A DNA stretch of 63,237 nucleotides, the filler included, from Octopus bimaculoides (taxonomy: Eukaryota), in NCBI RefSeq assembly GCF_001194135.2. It is 6 parts of 5 records of this genome, joined end to end, with 100 filler letters (N's around TTAATTAATTAA, not from the genome) between each part and the next. Parts side by side here need not be neighbours in the genome. Positions count along the whole stretch, not along the records: positions 1 to 23,377 come from NC_068982.1; 5 more parts are not named here. One strand, given 5' to 3'. A program made the position numbers and the translations under genes. The notes under the pieces were generated by a model that had not been told where the DNA came from, did not search any database, and saw only the letters and a list, made by a program, of their open reading frames with translations. Each line of letters begins with the position of its first letter. Position 1 is the first letter of the stretch. Below, piece by piece: positions 1-14,100 of this stretch.

Positions 1-198
1 CATTAAATCACACACCTTTTCATGTGAAAATATTTTGAAAAAAATCTTTCTACTTTTCATCGAAAAGGCTTCTTCCATCATTTTTAAGTGTATAGTGCAA
101 AAAGAAAATGGCAAAATCGGTCTGGGAAGGGGGTGGAAAGGAAGGGAAGTGGATAGGGAAAAATCATAAACATGATAGCTGTATTTATCTCTGCATAT

Positions 199-410
199 GT
201 GGTAAGCCGGCAGAATTGTTACTGTACTAGGCAAAACATTTAGTGGCATAAAAGTCTGTCTTTACATTCTGAGTTCAGATCCCACCAAGGTTGACTTTGC
301 ATTTTCATCCTTTCGGGGTCAATAAAATAAGTACCAGTTGAGCACTGGGGTTGATGAAATCGACTTAACCCCTTTCCTGAACTTGCTGGACTTGTGCCAA
401 AATTTGAAAG
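199..410 (+). mobile_element. tRNA-derived SINE family A, CpG-decayed copy
   Basis: Matches the family seen intact at 57071-57300 (ggcagaa..gttcaaattcc..gtcgactttgcctttcatcc..taagtaccagtt); CpG sites are mostly TpG/CpA here. Confidence 0.85.
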
Positions 411-2062
411 CAATTTTATGCACTACAGTCAAAACAATTATGAACAGAATTACAACTTCTATGAGGTTTTTCTCACCATACTGGTAATGAATGACAGCAA
501 ACTCATTATCATCGTTGGGAATTTTAATGGAGATTTACGGCAACACTATGATAGTTTCTCTAGAACACTAACTATATAGTGGCTATCAAAATGATGCATG
601 GAATAAGGATAGATCAAAGCTCATAGGATGCAATGCATATGCCCTAACCAGTATAGTTAACAATATCTTTAAGAAACTGGTCAACCATCTGATTGCCTAC
701 CAAATATTGTATGACCAATATAAGCAATAGATACACGAGGTGTTGTGGGATCAAAAGCAGGCCTCGCATGTAGCAGATACACCAGAACAACCATGAATTG
801 TTGTTGTTGATGATGATGATGATTCACTTTACAATATATGCAAAGAAAAATTCCCTGTCCCAATTGAAACAATTTCACTTAATACATGACACTAATGCCT
901 ATGGGATATCCAAGGCTGGCTTAGTTAAATTGAGTATTGCTAAGAAGTTGTGATGTAATGTAAACCAAGTCATGTCCCAGCTTGACTGGGTTTACATTTT
1001 TCATAGTTAGTATCACAACATTCTGTAAACAACTAGAAGGAAGCAAGTAGCTGTTGATAAGGCCTAAACAAAAGCCAAAATTTAACTGAAATGATTCCTT
1101 CCTTCCGAATTGTTCAGAGTCCAATAATTTAAACATGGCATTTATTTTAAGTGAAGCTAAATGTAAGGTTATATGATTTATAACTCTGTGTATGTATGTA
1201 TGTATGCACTATATTTATTCAAGTGTTGTACTTTTTCTTTATTTTTTCATTAAAAAAACTATAATCATATGATTTCCACAATACTGAGTTTACAGTAAAT
1301 GCTCTTTTATGATCAACACTGGTAAAGTTTAAAGGCAATGCCCCAATATAGCCTCAGTTCAATGACTGAAACAAAAGGTTATTCTAAATAAAACAAAAAG
1401 CAATTTTCCCTTCAATTTTCAGTTGCCAAGGTGCACAAAAATCTAATATTGTGTAATTGTTTTTTTTTTACCTGTGATAAAAGAATGAGCACAACAAATG
1501 TATAATAGTTATTCACATATACACAACTTTAAGAGAATTATGCTCAAGAGATTTCATTTTTCTGGTATTATTGCCATTTTTGACAACAAATATTCTGATC
1601 TAGTTTTAATGACTAACAAGGGTGTGTGTCCATCCATGAGTGTGTCCATCCATGTGTGTGTCCCCATCCATGAGTGTGTGTGTGTTATTTCCAGGTCTAC
1701 TTTGACTCAGAGTAGTAGCACTTGTTAGGGTCCCAGCTATGTGAACCACTGTGAGTGAAAGACCTCTAGTTCTCATTAAAACTTATTTCTAGAAGATAAA
1801 CTCATATAAAAAAAGACTGAAGCGCCATTGGTTTCTAGTCATCTCAACCACTGTTGTTGCAGCTGATTGCACTGAAACGTGGGTTCAGTGGTGTGCAACT
1901 CTTTATCCATTCAAAACAAATCCATACACAGGAACGTTTTGAACTCTTGGAACATTTGCATGGACTTACTGAGTCTAGGAAGTGGTCTTGCTTGATCACA
2001 AATTGACTTCCACAATGTGTGTGTGTGTACGTGTGTAGTTAAGTTGGTAGACGTGAAAGCAC

Positions 2063-2340
2063 ATGGCTTTGTGGTTAGGTACTCAGCTCATGATTGTATG
2101 GTCATTTTATTCCCAGCAGCCCATTGTGTCTTTGAACAAGACACTTTATTTCATATTGGTGCAGTTCACTCAGCTGTAATTCAAGGGCTAGCCTTGTTAC
2201 ATTCTGTGTCATTCTGAATTTCCTTGAGAACTACATTAAGGATATATATTTGTGGAGTGCTTAGTCACTTGTACATTAGTTTCACAAGTAGGCTGTTCTA
2301 TTGATTGGATCAACTGAAACACTCATAACTAACAGTGTCA
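2063..2340 (+). mobile_element. tRNA-derived SINE (head D, tail t1), decayed
   Basis: Head resembles 34398/50127; 3' half (aattcaagggctagccttg..gagaactacattaagg..ggatcaactg) matches the tail of 61392-61766. Confidence 0.7.
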
Positions 2341-2834
2341 GTTAAGTAGGTATTTATCACTTCAGCCACTCCACTCCTATCAGGCAGATATTTACAATAA
2401 ATTAAAACATGCTAAGATAAGCACCAAATTTCTGTTTTCCTAATTGCACTGCATTCATTCCTTGCTTTACATTCTAATGTGTTAATTAAAACTGCCTTTT
2501 TTTACTCCTCTTTAATATGTTCTTGTTCTCTTTTTTGATGAAAGTTTGGAGCTCATTTTGTCATGATGCACGCACCCAATTCTGCCTTTACCAATTATAC
2601 TTTCCTCTCCAGATAAGTAAAAAGCCTAAACCCTGCTCCTCATCCTCTGCATCTGTGTGTCCATATATGAAATACTGCTACCCTATCTCCCTTCTTCTAT
2701 ATCAGTACCCTGTTGCCAACAGTAATAAGTCATAGCAAAATCCCATAAAATTGGTGATGTTAATGAAATGAGGAATACTTATTATTTTTTTATAATAAGC
2801 ATGCCACCTTTTTGTGGCAGATGTTACCAAGGCA

Positions 2835-4370
2835 ACTGAAGTGCCTTAGCGAGAGGAAATTATGGAGGAATCAAGCTATTGTATCAGGTTATAAAGGTCA
2901 CAAAGAATTACAACACAATTGTTCTATTGAGTAGACCTTGATGAGATGCAGTTTAGTAACTGCAGAAGTACTTGGTTAAAAGTAAACCACTATTCCTGGC
3001 ATTCATTGACTTGGAAAAGGCATTTGGCAGAGTACCACATTCAGTAATTTGATAGTCACTAAGAAAACTAAGTGGAGATGAATGACTTGTAAGTGTTGTG
3101 CAAGCTATGTGCAAAGACACATTAAGTAAAGTGAGTCAACAATTATTTCAGTGATGAATTTAGTGTGAGGGTAGGAGTCCAAGGTGTAGTCCTCAATTCC
3201 CTCCTAGTCATCATAGTCCTAGAGGCCATCACAGAGGAGTTTAAGACTGGCTGCTCTTATAATGCTGATGACTTAGTTCTCAACTGAATCTATTGGGGTA
3301 TTAGAGGGGAAATTCCAGACATGGAAGGTAAACCTAGAATCAAGTGGTTGTAAAGTCAACAAAACAAAAGTTTTAGTAGGAAAGAAGAGAAGACTCTGGT
3401 ATCTTCTGAGAAATGGCTTTGCTTAATATGCAAAAAAGGAGTAAGTATAAAAAAATTCCACATGCTGTACCTATTGTAAGCTATGGATACACCGGAGGTG
3501 TTATGGAAATTGCAAGTAGACTAACAGAGAATGTAAGCTTTGTGTGCAATAGTCACACTGGAGCAGTACATTTGATGAGCACATTTGAAATAGATTCTCT
3601 TAAATGCCCTGATGGCTCATTAAAATTGGTAGCTTTAGTTACTTAGAATATATAAGTAGAAGAAGTACAGCAGCCAGAGTAAAAATGGGTTGGAGAAAGT
3701 TTAGGGGGCAACTACTGCTGCTGGCAACAAAGGTCTTCTCTCTCAGAATGAATGGTAGATTTCACAATGCTGGTGTTAGAACTGTAGTAAGACACTCACT
3801 ACATGTAGCATGAATCTTGAGTGCTGAGGACTTGAGAAGACCAAAAGGAAATGAAGTGGGTATACTCCAATGGATGTGCAATGTAAATGTGCATGAAAAA
3901 TATGGTGCAAATGTACAGAAAGAAAAATTGGGCTGAAGGGAAACAGATGCAGTGTATAGTGTGTGATTGTGAATATGTGATGTGTATGGGTGGGGACAGT
4001 CATATACAAAGGAATGCTGAAAAGGTCCTGGCTATAAGGGTATTGTGAAAGGCTTGGCTGGCAGCTCAACTTTCCGAGTTCTTTTGCAGGTCTTAGAAAA
4101 ACTAAAAGACTACTGCAATAAGTGTGTGAATCTGAGAAAGGAATATGTTGAATAAAATCATAATTAACTGATCCTCCTATAGTTTTCTTTACCCAAAGTC
4201 AGGAACTTTGCAGTATCCCCTTGTAAAGATGTGCTGATTACTTCAGTGGATAGAGTCTGTGGAGAAGGGAAACCCAGAAAATTATGGGGCAAAATGGTGA
4301 AGACTGATCTTGAACCTCAAGAAGACGACAAGGGACCAAGGTGACTGGAGATATGCAGTTCTCAAGAAGT
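2835..4370 (+). mobile_element. Heavily decayed RTE-clade LINE RT fragment
   Basis: Colinear with the RTE at 11164-14540 (gatgagatgcagttt, gtagggtagga..caagg, gctgatgacttagttct = ADDL region); many stops and frameshifts. Confidence 0.75.
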
Positions 4371-4711
4371 TCCATTGAGCTTGGTGAAACTAAGTTCTGG
4401 AAGTGCTCTGTGTGTGTGTATATTTGGCGATTTTTTTCCTCTGCCTTCCTTTTCTACTGGACTTCCTCTGTTTCTGAAGAAGAGCTTTGCTCAAAACGTT
4501 AAACCATCTTTCTTTCCTTTCCTGACCATCTGCTAATACTTTACATGTACCACATTCTTGCATGGTTGGTTTTATTGTGTTTGTTCTTCGTTTTCTTTGG
4601 ATTTACTATATATATCAAGCCACCCACCTCCACCTTCCCCTCTCAAGTACTTTCCTCTAAGTAGTGGGAGCTTTTTCTTTTTTTCTTTCCTTTTTCTGTC
4701 TTGTAAATTTC

Positions 4712-4892
4712 CATGACAACCTTACTAGTGCTTGTGACATGAAAAAAGCACCAAGTACATTCTGTAAAGTGTTTGCATTAGGAAGGGCATCCAACAGTAG
4801 AAACTATATCAAAGAGCTGAACACAGCCTGCAGGTTACTGGATGTTGTCAAACCATCAAAAATATGTAAAATGGACATTAAATGATGATGAT
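4712..4892 (+). mobile_element. RTE 3' UTR fragment with (GAT)n tail
   Basis: gcattaggaagggcatcca..ggacattaaatgatgatgat is the reverse complement of the RTE 3' end at 11164-11340. Confidence 0.65.
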
Positions 4893-5139
4893 ATATGTAT
4901 ATGCATATGTTTATATATATATTAATGTGTTTTGTTTTTATGTTCAGTTATAATAAAAACAATTTTGCATCAACATGAAAGGGTTACTCCATACTTTTGC
5001 AAAGTACAAATTTATTTTTTAACAAGAATAGTGTTAACAGTGACTTTGAAGTTTTGGCCAGTTAAGCCATCATTGGTGGCTCACAAACAGGATATAGGTA
5101 GAGGAAGTTTTTGGGTCAGTAAATGTGTCATTAGCATTA

Positions 5140-6140
5140 GTTAATTCTGGTTTTATTGGATTTAATCCTTTGCTTGTGCAATATTCAAAGTTTAGTCCAG
5201 CATTTAAAAACCTAGTAATTAGTGTACCAGCTTTTTTATAATGGAATTTTTAAGAGCTCACAAAACAATGAAAGTAGGTGGTGTGTTGTTTAGGGTATTT
5301 CCTCTCTGTATTCGGAAGATGGAGGTTATTAGTTGAGCAAGTCATGGTGTTCTTAGTATAGCAATTTGTTTATCTTGTGCTTTGATATTCACAAGAGGAT
5401 GTGAGTAGGTGTAAAGGTCATTGGTCAGTATATTTGTCTCCATATGATGTGTATGTTGTATATATGCACAACTAAACCCTTCATTCAATTTCCTCAAGAC
5501 ACACCCACCACCCACATTCTCTCTAGCTGTTGCTTTGCCTTGCTACTATAAAACCTCACTGCTCCATTCATTTCACTTGATATCCATCTTTCATCATTGT
5601 ACTATCCTCTCTCCACCTATTTTACGTTGATCACCCCACCACCAGCCACCAAATTATCTCTTCTTCCCCACCACAACCACTCTCTCTCCAAGCATTAAGC
5701 CTACCTCTCTTCCACCTACCCAACCGTACATCCTCTCACTCTCTCAACATTCTACTGTACTAGCAATGCTATACTGTTGCTCATCACTCCTATACATCAT
5801 TGGTCATCTTTTATGTCTTATTCACTACAACTACCCTTTAACACTTGTTCTTCATTCATTATATTCACCCACTCAACCATTTCCTGTCTCATTCTCTCAT
5901 ACACTCTTGCAACATCTACCCAACCACACTCCCAGTTCTTCAGTCTTCACTCACTTCTACTTACCTTATATATTGTGGTTCCACCCTGAGACCTCATTAT
6001 CACTATTTTTATCTCTTCACAGCTCCAACCCGATCACCCACCTCTCTCTCCTAAAACGGGAATAATCGTGTCACACCTCTACAGCAAGAAACCTCTTTTC
6101 CCATGGCTCCTTCTCTCATCGTGTTTTACCCCTCATCTCC
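5140..6140. mobile_element. Probable Penelope-like retroelement remnants
   Basis: Decayed text resembling the Penelope RT C-terminus (minus strand) and a CT-rich GIY-YIG/tail region; recognised by recall only. Confidence 0.35.
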
Positions 6141-6199
6141 AAGCATAATGCCTCCACTTTTTGGTGTCTTAGTCTTGCAAGATGCATGGAAACCTCTCC

Positions 6200-6390
6200 A
6201 GTGCTGGTGGCATTAAAATTGCACCTAGTTCACTGCAAAGTGGTTGGCATAATGAAGGGCATCCAGCTATATAGACCATGTCAAAGTAGATAATGGAATG
6301 TGATGCAGTTCTTGGACGTACAAGATCCTGTTAAACTATCTAATCCATGCTAGCATAGAACATGGACATCAATTTATGATGAGAATGATG
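6200..6390 (+). mobile_element. RTE 3' UTR fragment
   Basis: gtggttggcataatgaagggcatccagc..ccatgctagcatagaacatggacatc matches the RTE 3' end. Confidence 0.6.
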
Positions 6391-8186
6391 TATGTACGTA
6401 TGCATTATGCATTTGTATATTAATACAATTTGAAGGTGAAATTGCAGCAGCTTTCCAAGGCTATTGAACCAATACCTGTAACCTAGGAAAGCAGGTCAAC
6501 CATTAAGACATGAAGATATTGCCTTTACTTATTAAAAGCTTACATCATTGTAAATAATATAACTTCGTTTTATATTATTGAGGCTCAAGTATGACTGAAA
6601 GCATTCTAGCTACAACCATCTGTCTTTTTAAGGGCATCTAGGTCTACATCATACACAGTGATCTTCATTGTTTCAGGCAGGTTTGGTTATTATTTTTAGC
6701 AAAAATATATTTAGTAATGGAACTCTGGACATTAGATCTTATTTACTGCAAAGCAAACTATCTCATTCTGATTCAATACATCAATGATAACGTTTTTGAA
6801 TCTTGAATTAATATATTCGCTTGTTGAAAACATGAATTAAACAATGTATTTTAATTAAAGCTGAAATGTTGCTTTAAGTAAATCAAATTAATATTGATTT
6901 GTAATATTTGGTTATATTTACTGGTACCCAGTTCATAGAACGCCAACTCAACCTCAGCTAAGTGTGCAGAAAAATCAGGGGACACAACTACGAATTGCAA
7001 AATATTTTGCTTAGTGCTTTATTGATTCTGGTTACCTCTGCTCTCTAATCAGATGAATATTGATACATGAAATGATAGAGCTAGAAGACTTTATGCATTC
7101 ACTGTCTTAATTTTCGTTTATCCTCTCTTCCTGTATTTTCTTTGATTTTTATTTGATTTCAATTACTTTAATTTAAATTTGGTGACTACTTTTAGTAAGG
7201 GGAACAACCGGGTAGATGTTTTTTTATTAGCCTGCCTTAAAAGTTTAGTAATAAAACCGCAAAAATCAAACCTTTTCACATTTTTCTTTTAGAGAGAGAG
7301 AGAGGGGGGAGAAGAAGGAGGGAGGGAGATAGAAAGAGCTCAAGGAAATAAGTCAATAAAATAAAGGAAAGCAAGAAGAAAATATGAATAAAACAAAAGG
7401 TGATAAGAGAGGGCTGGAAGACAGGAAGGAATGGAAAAAATAAAAAAAGAACAGAAATTAAAGTAAAAGAGAACAACAGTTGTTTTTGGAAAGAGAACTG
7501 GATTGGAATTCCATCACTGTCTTGCATTTCCTCAAGGTTAATAAAAAAAAAATTAAAAAAAAAAAAAAAAGCAAAAAGTTCCAATATTACATTGCAGTTG
7601 TGTCAGTGATAAAAATTAGAATTATGTATAGTGCCAGAGGAAGAATTCAGGTGCTTTTGTGGCAAACTTTATTTTGGGGTTGAAANNNNNNNNNNTACAT
7701 TGCAGTTGTGTCAGTGATAAAAATTAGAATTATGTATAGTGCCAGAGGAAGAATTCAGGTGCTTTTGTGGCAAACTTTATTTTGGGGTTGAAAATTCACT
7801 TTACTTTTGAAAATTTTAAACATCACAACTTTTCATTTGTTTGGCAAAGGATCTGAAATGAAACTACTTGCATAGAAAATGAAACATTTAGGGACACATT
7901 GAATATATATTACCATCTAAATTATAAATACACTGCTATATTTACTTTTATTCATATCATTTCTTCATGAGTTTCAGTTATTAGGCCAAGGTCATGCTAG
8001 AGCACAGCCTTGATTGCATCAACTCCTAGTATTTATTTTATTGGTCTCTACATATACATATTGACAGGCTTCAGCACAATTTTCATCTATCACAGTATTG
8101 GTCAACCCAAGACAATTGCCTTAGTACAGAACCATATAATTGTGAAGTGAACTTCATCGCCACCTAACTGTGAAGATCCAATTTTC

Positions 8187-8297
8187 TTAATAGCAGAGTA
8201 ATTTATTCACTCTCAAAGTTGTTTCCCATACATCTTCACCTGCATGGCTGACACTACTGCCACAATTGCCATCATCGTTGCTACCATTATTTTGATT
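8187..8297 (-). CDS. Candidate terminal coding exon of an unidentified gene (NQNNGSNDDGNCGSSVSHAGEDVWETTLRVNKLLCY*)
   Basis: Strong acceptor ttttatttattttag|AATC at 8298-8299; open frame to TAA at 8189-8187. A weak internal donor (AGA|gtgaat) is also possible. Confidence 0.4.
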   Translation of the reverse strand, partial: NQNNGSNDDGNCGSSVSHAGEDVWETTLRVNKLLCY

Positions 8298-8365
8298 CTA
8301 AAATAAATAAAATATAAAATAAATTCCTTTAAGAGACTATTGTAATTTGATTTTGGATTATATAC

Positions 8366-8444
8366 GTTTTCTATAACACATTTCTGGTAAAAATTTGATA
8401 TCCTTGAGAGAAATTTGGTAGTAAAGCGACTCAGGGGCAATACT
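8366..8444 (-). CDS. Candidate internal coding exon (VLPLSRFTTKFLSRISNFYQKCVIEN)
   Basis: Acceptor ttgcttcatctag|AGTA, donor AAC|gtatat; a 68-nt GT-AG intron joins it in phase 0 to 8297. Confidence 0.35.
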
Positions 8445-8952
8445 CTAGATGAAGCAATTGATGGGAAGTATTTGACAAAGAAGATAGAAGATACAGCTGT
8501 TTTGTATTCGTTGGGCTAGAAAAGGTTTTTAACACAATCCCACACTCTGTGCCTGGTAAATGTTAGTAAATTTTATTAGGAGTTCAATGCCTGAAGAGTG
8601 GTGTTCTGCTTGGAAAGTAAAAACAACTAAAATCACCCCTTCTCTGAAAACAATAAATTTTGAGACTTCCAACCAAAGTCTCTGTTCTCTAGATATGTTT
8701 ATATGAGAAAATGCACAATTTCAAATGCAAACCATGAATCTTGTTTTTCCTTTTCTCTTCCCCAAGAAGCACACTTTAACAAGGTCTATTACTAGCAAAT
8801 CTGTAAATTAATTCATTGAACAAAAATCTTCCTTATCTCCAACTAATACAACAATTTTATTTCTCTGAGATACAAATTTCTTATCATATATCTCCAACCC
8901 GTCTTTGTTGTCCAAGCAAAACTCTATATTCCAACATTTTTTTCTAGATATA

Positions 8953-9368
8953 GGCATAGGAGTGGCTGTGTGGTAAGTAGCTTGCTTACCAACCACATGA
9001 TTCCGGGTTCAGTCTCACTGCGTGGCACCTTGGGTAAGTGTCTTCTGCTATAGCCTCGGGCCGACCAAAGCCTTGTGAGTGGATTTGGTAGACGGAAACT
9101 GAAAGAAGCCTGTCGTATATATGTATATATATGTATGTATATGTGTGTATATGTTTGTGTGTCTGTGTTTGTCCCCCCCCAACATCGCTTGACAACCGAT
9201 GGTGGTGTGTTTAGGTCCCCGTAACTTAGCGGTTCGGCAAAAGAGACCGATAGAATAAGTAGTAGGCACCCAAAGAATAAGTCCTAGGGTCGATTTGCTC
9301 GACTAAAGGCGGTGCTCCAGCATGGCCGCAGTCAAATGACTGAAACATGTAAAAGAGTAAAAAGAGTA
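8953..9368 (+). mobile_element. SINE family B, full length, young
   Basis: ggagtggctgtgtggtaagtagcttgc head, ggcaccttgggtaagtgtctt CORE-like segment, internal (TA/TG)n, (gtaaaaga)n tail; CpGs retained. Confidence 0.9.
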
Positions 9369-11163
9369 ATATGTCTGCACCTGTATAGCATCCACTCTCC
9401 TCATTTCTTTCACCTGGATATCAACAATAAAGAGTTCCAGTAACTCTGGCTGAAGTTCTCTCCTCCTCATTGTTCTAAATTCATCTGCTACTGCTGTTGC
9501 CAACCAAGCTTTTCCAACCACCAACTTCTATTGACTACAATAATGTAGATCACTCTGAAGTCATCATCTGCTCCATACACACAAATATTCCAAAATTAAC
9601 TCTAACTGGCAAACATTCTCTCATCAACACAACATTTAGCTTACAAATGTGTTATTTCTTCTTTGCTTTCTCTACTGTCTTTAGAATAGCTTCTGCTCCT
9701 TTGGAAAAATAAACTGCATACCAATTTCGCCTAAATCTGCTCGATGCACCCATCTCTTCTGCTCTTATTATGTCTTTCTTCCATTCTCAGACTCCCTACT
9801 AAATAGTTTTCCCAGTCTTTTCTCACATAGGTAATAAATTGTTAGAATTCCTTCCATGGTTACATATTTTCTACACACATCAATCTATATAAGTCCAAAG
9901 TGAACAACAACTTCATTGACATCAGCTGTCTGAGAAGGTCACAGATACTTTTCCTCTCAAGACTAAATAAAATACACAATTGTCAACAACAAAAAAAAAA
10001 GAAGAAACTGTTGCACCAGACATGTTGCAAGTAAATGCCAGTCATTCAAAACTTACCCTTTAATGTGTAAAGAGATCATGATAGTTGAATGGAAAAGCTT
10101 GTTAGGTTATTAATGATAATTAGGCAGAAAGCAAGAAATGGAGGTTGCATTCTTAGACATGAATGATCTAACAATAAATGATATGTATTTTCACATATTT
10201 ATAATTTCTAACAGTTATATTTTATATATGTACAAGTGACTTGTACATACCTTCCCTCCACATTTGCTAGTATACATATGATATTTAAGCTTCACAATTC
10301 ATAAGACAGAAATGATATTTTAGGTAATACTGTTATGTGGTATGTAAACACAGAGTTATTAAGCATGGCTGTGTGGTTGATGGCTAAATCAAAGAGAGTT
10401 CCAAGATATTATTTTCTCTCAAGCAATAATGGAAAAGTTTAGAAATGTTAAATATTAGTTCTTAACAAGAGAGAACTTTTCCAGTTAAATATACATTGTT
10501 TTTATGTTATAAACAAAAAGTGAACAAAAATGTAAATCGTTTTCAAGGGGAATAACCACAAAAAATTATGAAATCAATAGAATTAATATTCTATTTGATT
10601 TTGATGTTGAGCAAACGATATGTATGTGTATATGTTTTCTGAATGTCCAGATATACAAACTTAAAAGTGAAAGTTCCAATAAAAATTTGCTTAGTTAGTA
10701 TATCGAACGAAAGACTTGTTCAGAAAATGTAAGCATATATTAGTAAGTTACTTCCCTTGAAATAGTTTGCTGTGGCAAACGATTTATTTCATTACAGAAG
10801 TAGCCGTGTCGTTTATAATTAGAAAGTTATTGTTGAAAAAGTTACCAGATGAAAGATGATTAGAGGATGAAGAAGTACATGAAAATTCCCAAATAACAGA
10901 AAAATAAGAAAATGATACTTACCATTCCCAAATGGGATGACTCACTGTAGAAGTTTATGACTAGCATTTCTTGTGTAGACAAGTGAAAGCACTAATACTC
11001 CAGCGCCTGCTGCATTTTTTATTTGTAATTTCAAAATGTTCCTAACCCTTACCCAGATCAGATCATTTCATGGTACAGACTACAGATACTGTGGCAGACC
11101 ACACACTAAAGTAGCACTGAAATTTCTTATGACTGCCGCAATACTGGGTGAATCACTTGAATT

Positions 11164-14100
11164 TCATCATCATCATTTGTCCTTTGTCCATGCTGGCATG
11201 GGTTGGACGGCTTGACCAGGTGGAAGGCTGCACCAGACTCCAGTCTGATTTGGTATGGTTTCTATGGATGGATGTCCTTCCTAACGCCAACCACTCCGAG
11301 AGTGAAATTGGTGCTTTTATGTGCCACCAGCACAAATGCCATTTGCATGATACCAGTATCTGCCATGGTTGCGATTTTACTTAGCTTGATGGGTCTTCTC
11401 AAGCACGACCTAATGCCAAAGGTCTCAGTCATTGCCTCCATGAGGCCCAACACTTGAAAAGTGCTTCTTACGTACCACCATCATGGGTGCCAGTTACATG
11501 ACACCAGCATCAGCCAGGACTATGACTTCACTTGGCTTGACAGGTTTTCTCAAGCACAGCGTATCACCAAAGGCCTTGGTCACAAGTCATTGCCTCTGTG
11601 AGACCCAAAGTTTGAAGATCATGCTTCACCACCTCATCCCATATCTTCCTGGGTCGATCTCTACCACAGGTTCCCTCTACAGCTAGAGATCGGCAATTTT
11701 TTACACAGCAGTCCTTGTCCATATGCATCACATGACCATACCAGCATGCCACATCTGATACTTCTTTAGTCCAACTTTTCTCTCAAGATGCTTACACTCT
11801 ATTGAACATGCACACTGACATTGCACATCCAGTGAAGCAAACTGGCTTCATTTCTTTCAAGCCTATGCATGTCCTCAACTGTCACAGCCCATGTTTCACT
11901 GCCGAGTAGCATAGCTTTTTGCACACAGGCGTCATACAATCTGCTTTTCACTCTGAGGAAGAGGCCCTTTGTTGCCAGCAGAGGTAGGAGCTCTCTGAAC
12001 TTTGCTCAGCTTAATCTTATTCTCACTGCTACACTCTTGGAGCATCCACCTCTGCAACTAACTTGGTCACCTAGTTAATGGAAGTTATCTACTACCTCTA
12101 GCTTATCTCACCTGATAGTTGATGGAGTCTATTTTCTGTACATTTTCGGTTTTTATTGTACCTGTACATCTTCCACACACAAATGCTATTTTCCCTGTTA
12201 ACCTTTCCTTGATATTACTGCACCTCTTATGAGTCCATAGCTTACATCGCATACATCTTATGGAGTTTCTACTTACACCTTTTCTACAGATCAAGCAGGG
12301 CCATTTACCTGAAGGATTTGTGATTTGTCTGCCTTCCTACTTACGAAGACTTTGGTTTTTTGCTAAATTAACTCTAAGGCCCTTCGATTCTTGACCTTGC
12401 TTCCATAACTGAAACTTTTTCTCTAGTTCTGGTAGTGATTCAGCTATAAGAACAAGGTCATATGCATAGAGGAGTTCCCAGGAGCAGCTCATCTTAAATT
12501 CCTCAGTTATTGCCTGGAGGACTGTGATGAATAGGAGGGGGCTGAAGACTGATTCTTGGTGGACTCCTAACTGTACTCTGAATTCTTTGCTGTATTCATT
12601 GCCAACCCTCACCTTACAGGTAGCATCCCTGTACATGGCTTGTACAACTCTCACCAAACACTCATCTACCCCTAGTTCCCACATTGACCACCAGATAAGG
12701 GATTGGGGGACTCTGTCAAAGGCTTTCTCCAAATCAACAAAAGCCAAGTACAGAGGTTTATCTTCAGCTATGTATTTCTCTTGCAGCTGCCTTACCAGAA
12801 ATATAGCATCAGTGGTACTTCTCCCTGGCACAAAACCAAACTTCATCTCATCTAGACTAACTCTCTCCCTAATTAGTTGGGCTATGACCCTCTCCATAAC
12901 TTTCATTACCCGATCCAACAATTTGTTACCTTTGTAATTATTTCTATCTAAGGCATCACCTTTACCTCTGTAGCAGTTGACTATGGTGCTGCTACACCTG
13001 TCATTAGGCATGACTCCTTCATGAACCACCTGATTTACAATATGGGTGACTAGACCATAACCCACACTGCTAGATATTTTAAGCATCTCAGCAGTGATTC
13101 CTGATAGGCTGGGGGCTTTCCCTTTCTTCTTATCCTTAATTACTTTATCTATCAAGGTACTGTTGATTCGGATAGCTGGTCCCTCAACTGGATCAACATT
13201 TGACAGACTCCTCCTCCCATTCATTCTCCATGTTCAGCAGTCTTCCATAATGGCATTTCCAAGCCTCTTTCTTTGCAAAATCATTAAATTCAAGTGTGCC
13301 ATCATCCATGTGGACACATTTCTCTCCCATGACATCACAATTTTCTCTCACACACTGTCTTGCAATCCAAAACACTTCAAGTCTTTGGTCCTCACATAGA
13401 CAAATTTCTTTTCTGCTTCTTCCCTTGGCTAGATATACCCATCTCCTTACTTCCCTTCTGGCTATCTGGTACAGTTCCCTGCTACCCCAACTCTTCCAGG
13501 CCTGTATCTTGCTCTAATGGCCTTATCTACAGCATCATTCCACCTCCACAACACCCTAGATCTAGATGGGATTTTGCACTAGTTGCAGATTTGGTCTGTG
13601 GCACTCAGCAAGCTGTCCCACAGGAATTCCCAGTTACCCTCTATGTCACAAATCTGTAGCTCCTCCTCATCAAATTTCTCAATAAAGATGTCCCTAAATC
13701 TCTGATCATATGAAGGGTCCTTAAGCTTCCAACTCCTTCTTTTTCAGATTGGTCTGCTTTTTGGCATCCTTCTGGCCCGCAGTCTAAAGTCACTAATGGC
13801 AAGTCTATACTGGGGGATACATTCTTCACCAGGGAGGGTCTTTGTATTTAGGAGCAACCATGCATCCCACTGTCTGGTGAGAATGTAATCGATCTGACTA
13901 GCATAGTCACCCGATTGGTAAGTTATCAGGTGGTTGGCTGGCTTCCTGAATTTGATGTTGCAGATCAATAGGTTATTTGCATCACAGAACCCCAGTAGCC
14001 TTGTTCCCTCTTCATTTCAGGAACCAATTCCTTGGCCCCCATGTACACCATGGAAGATACTGGGCTGCTATCTGACATGCCCATTGAAATCCCCAGTCAC

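Noticed and set aside
7587-7795. Exact direct repeat of about 99 bp around a 12-N gap
   Set aside because: Overlapping contig ends left unmerged; the same pattern occurs at 29434-29560 and 32055-32775.
8808-8950. IVVLVGDKED resembling a small GTPase G4 motif
   Set aside because: No G1/G3 motifs nearby, the frame stops right after it, and the track ORF start comes from the SINE.
10057-10167. Exon-like segment with a perfect AGG|gtaagt donor
   Set aside because: Stops in all three frames from the best acceptor; it could be non-coding but cannot be supported.
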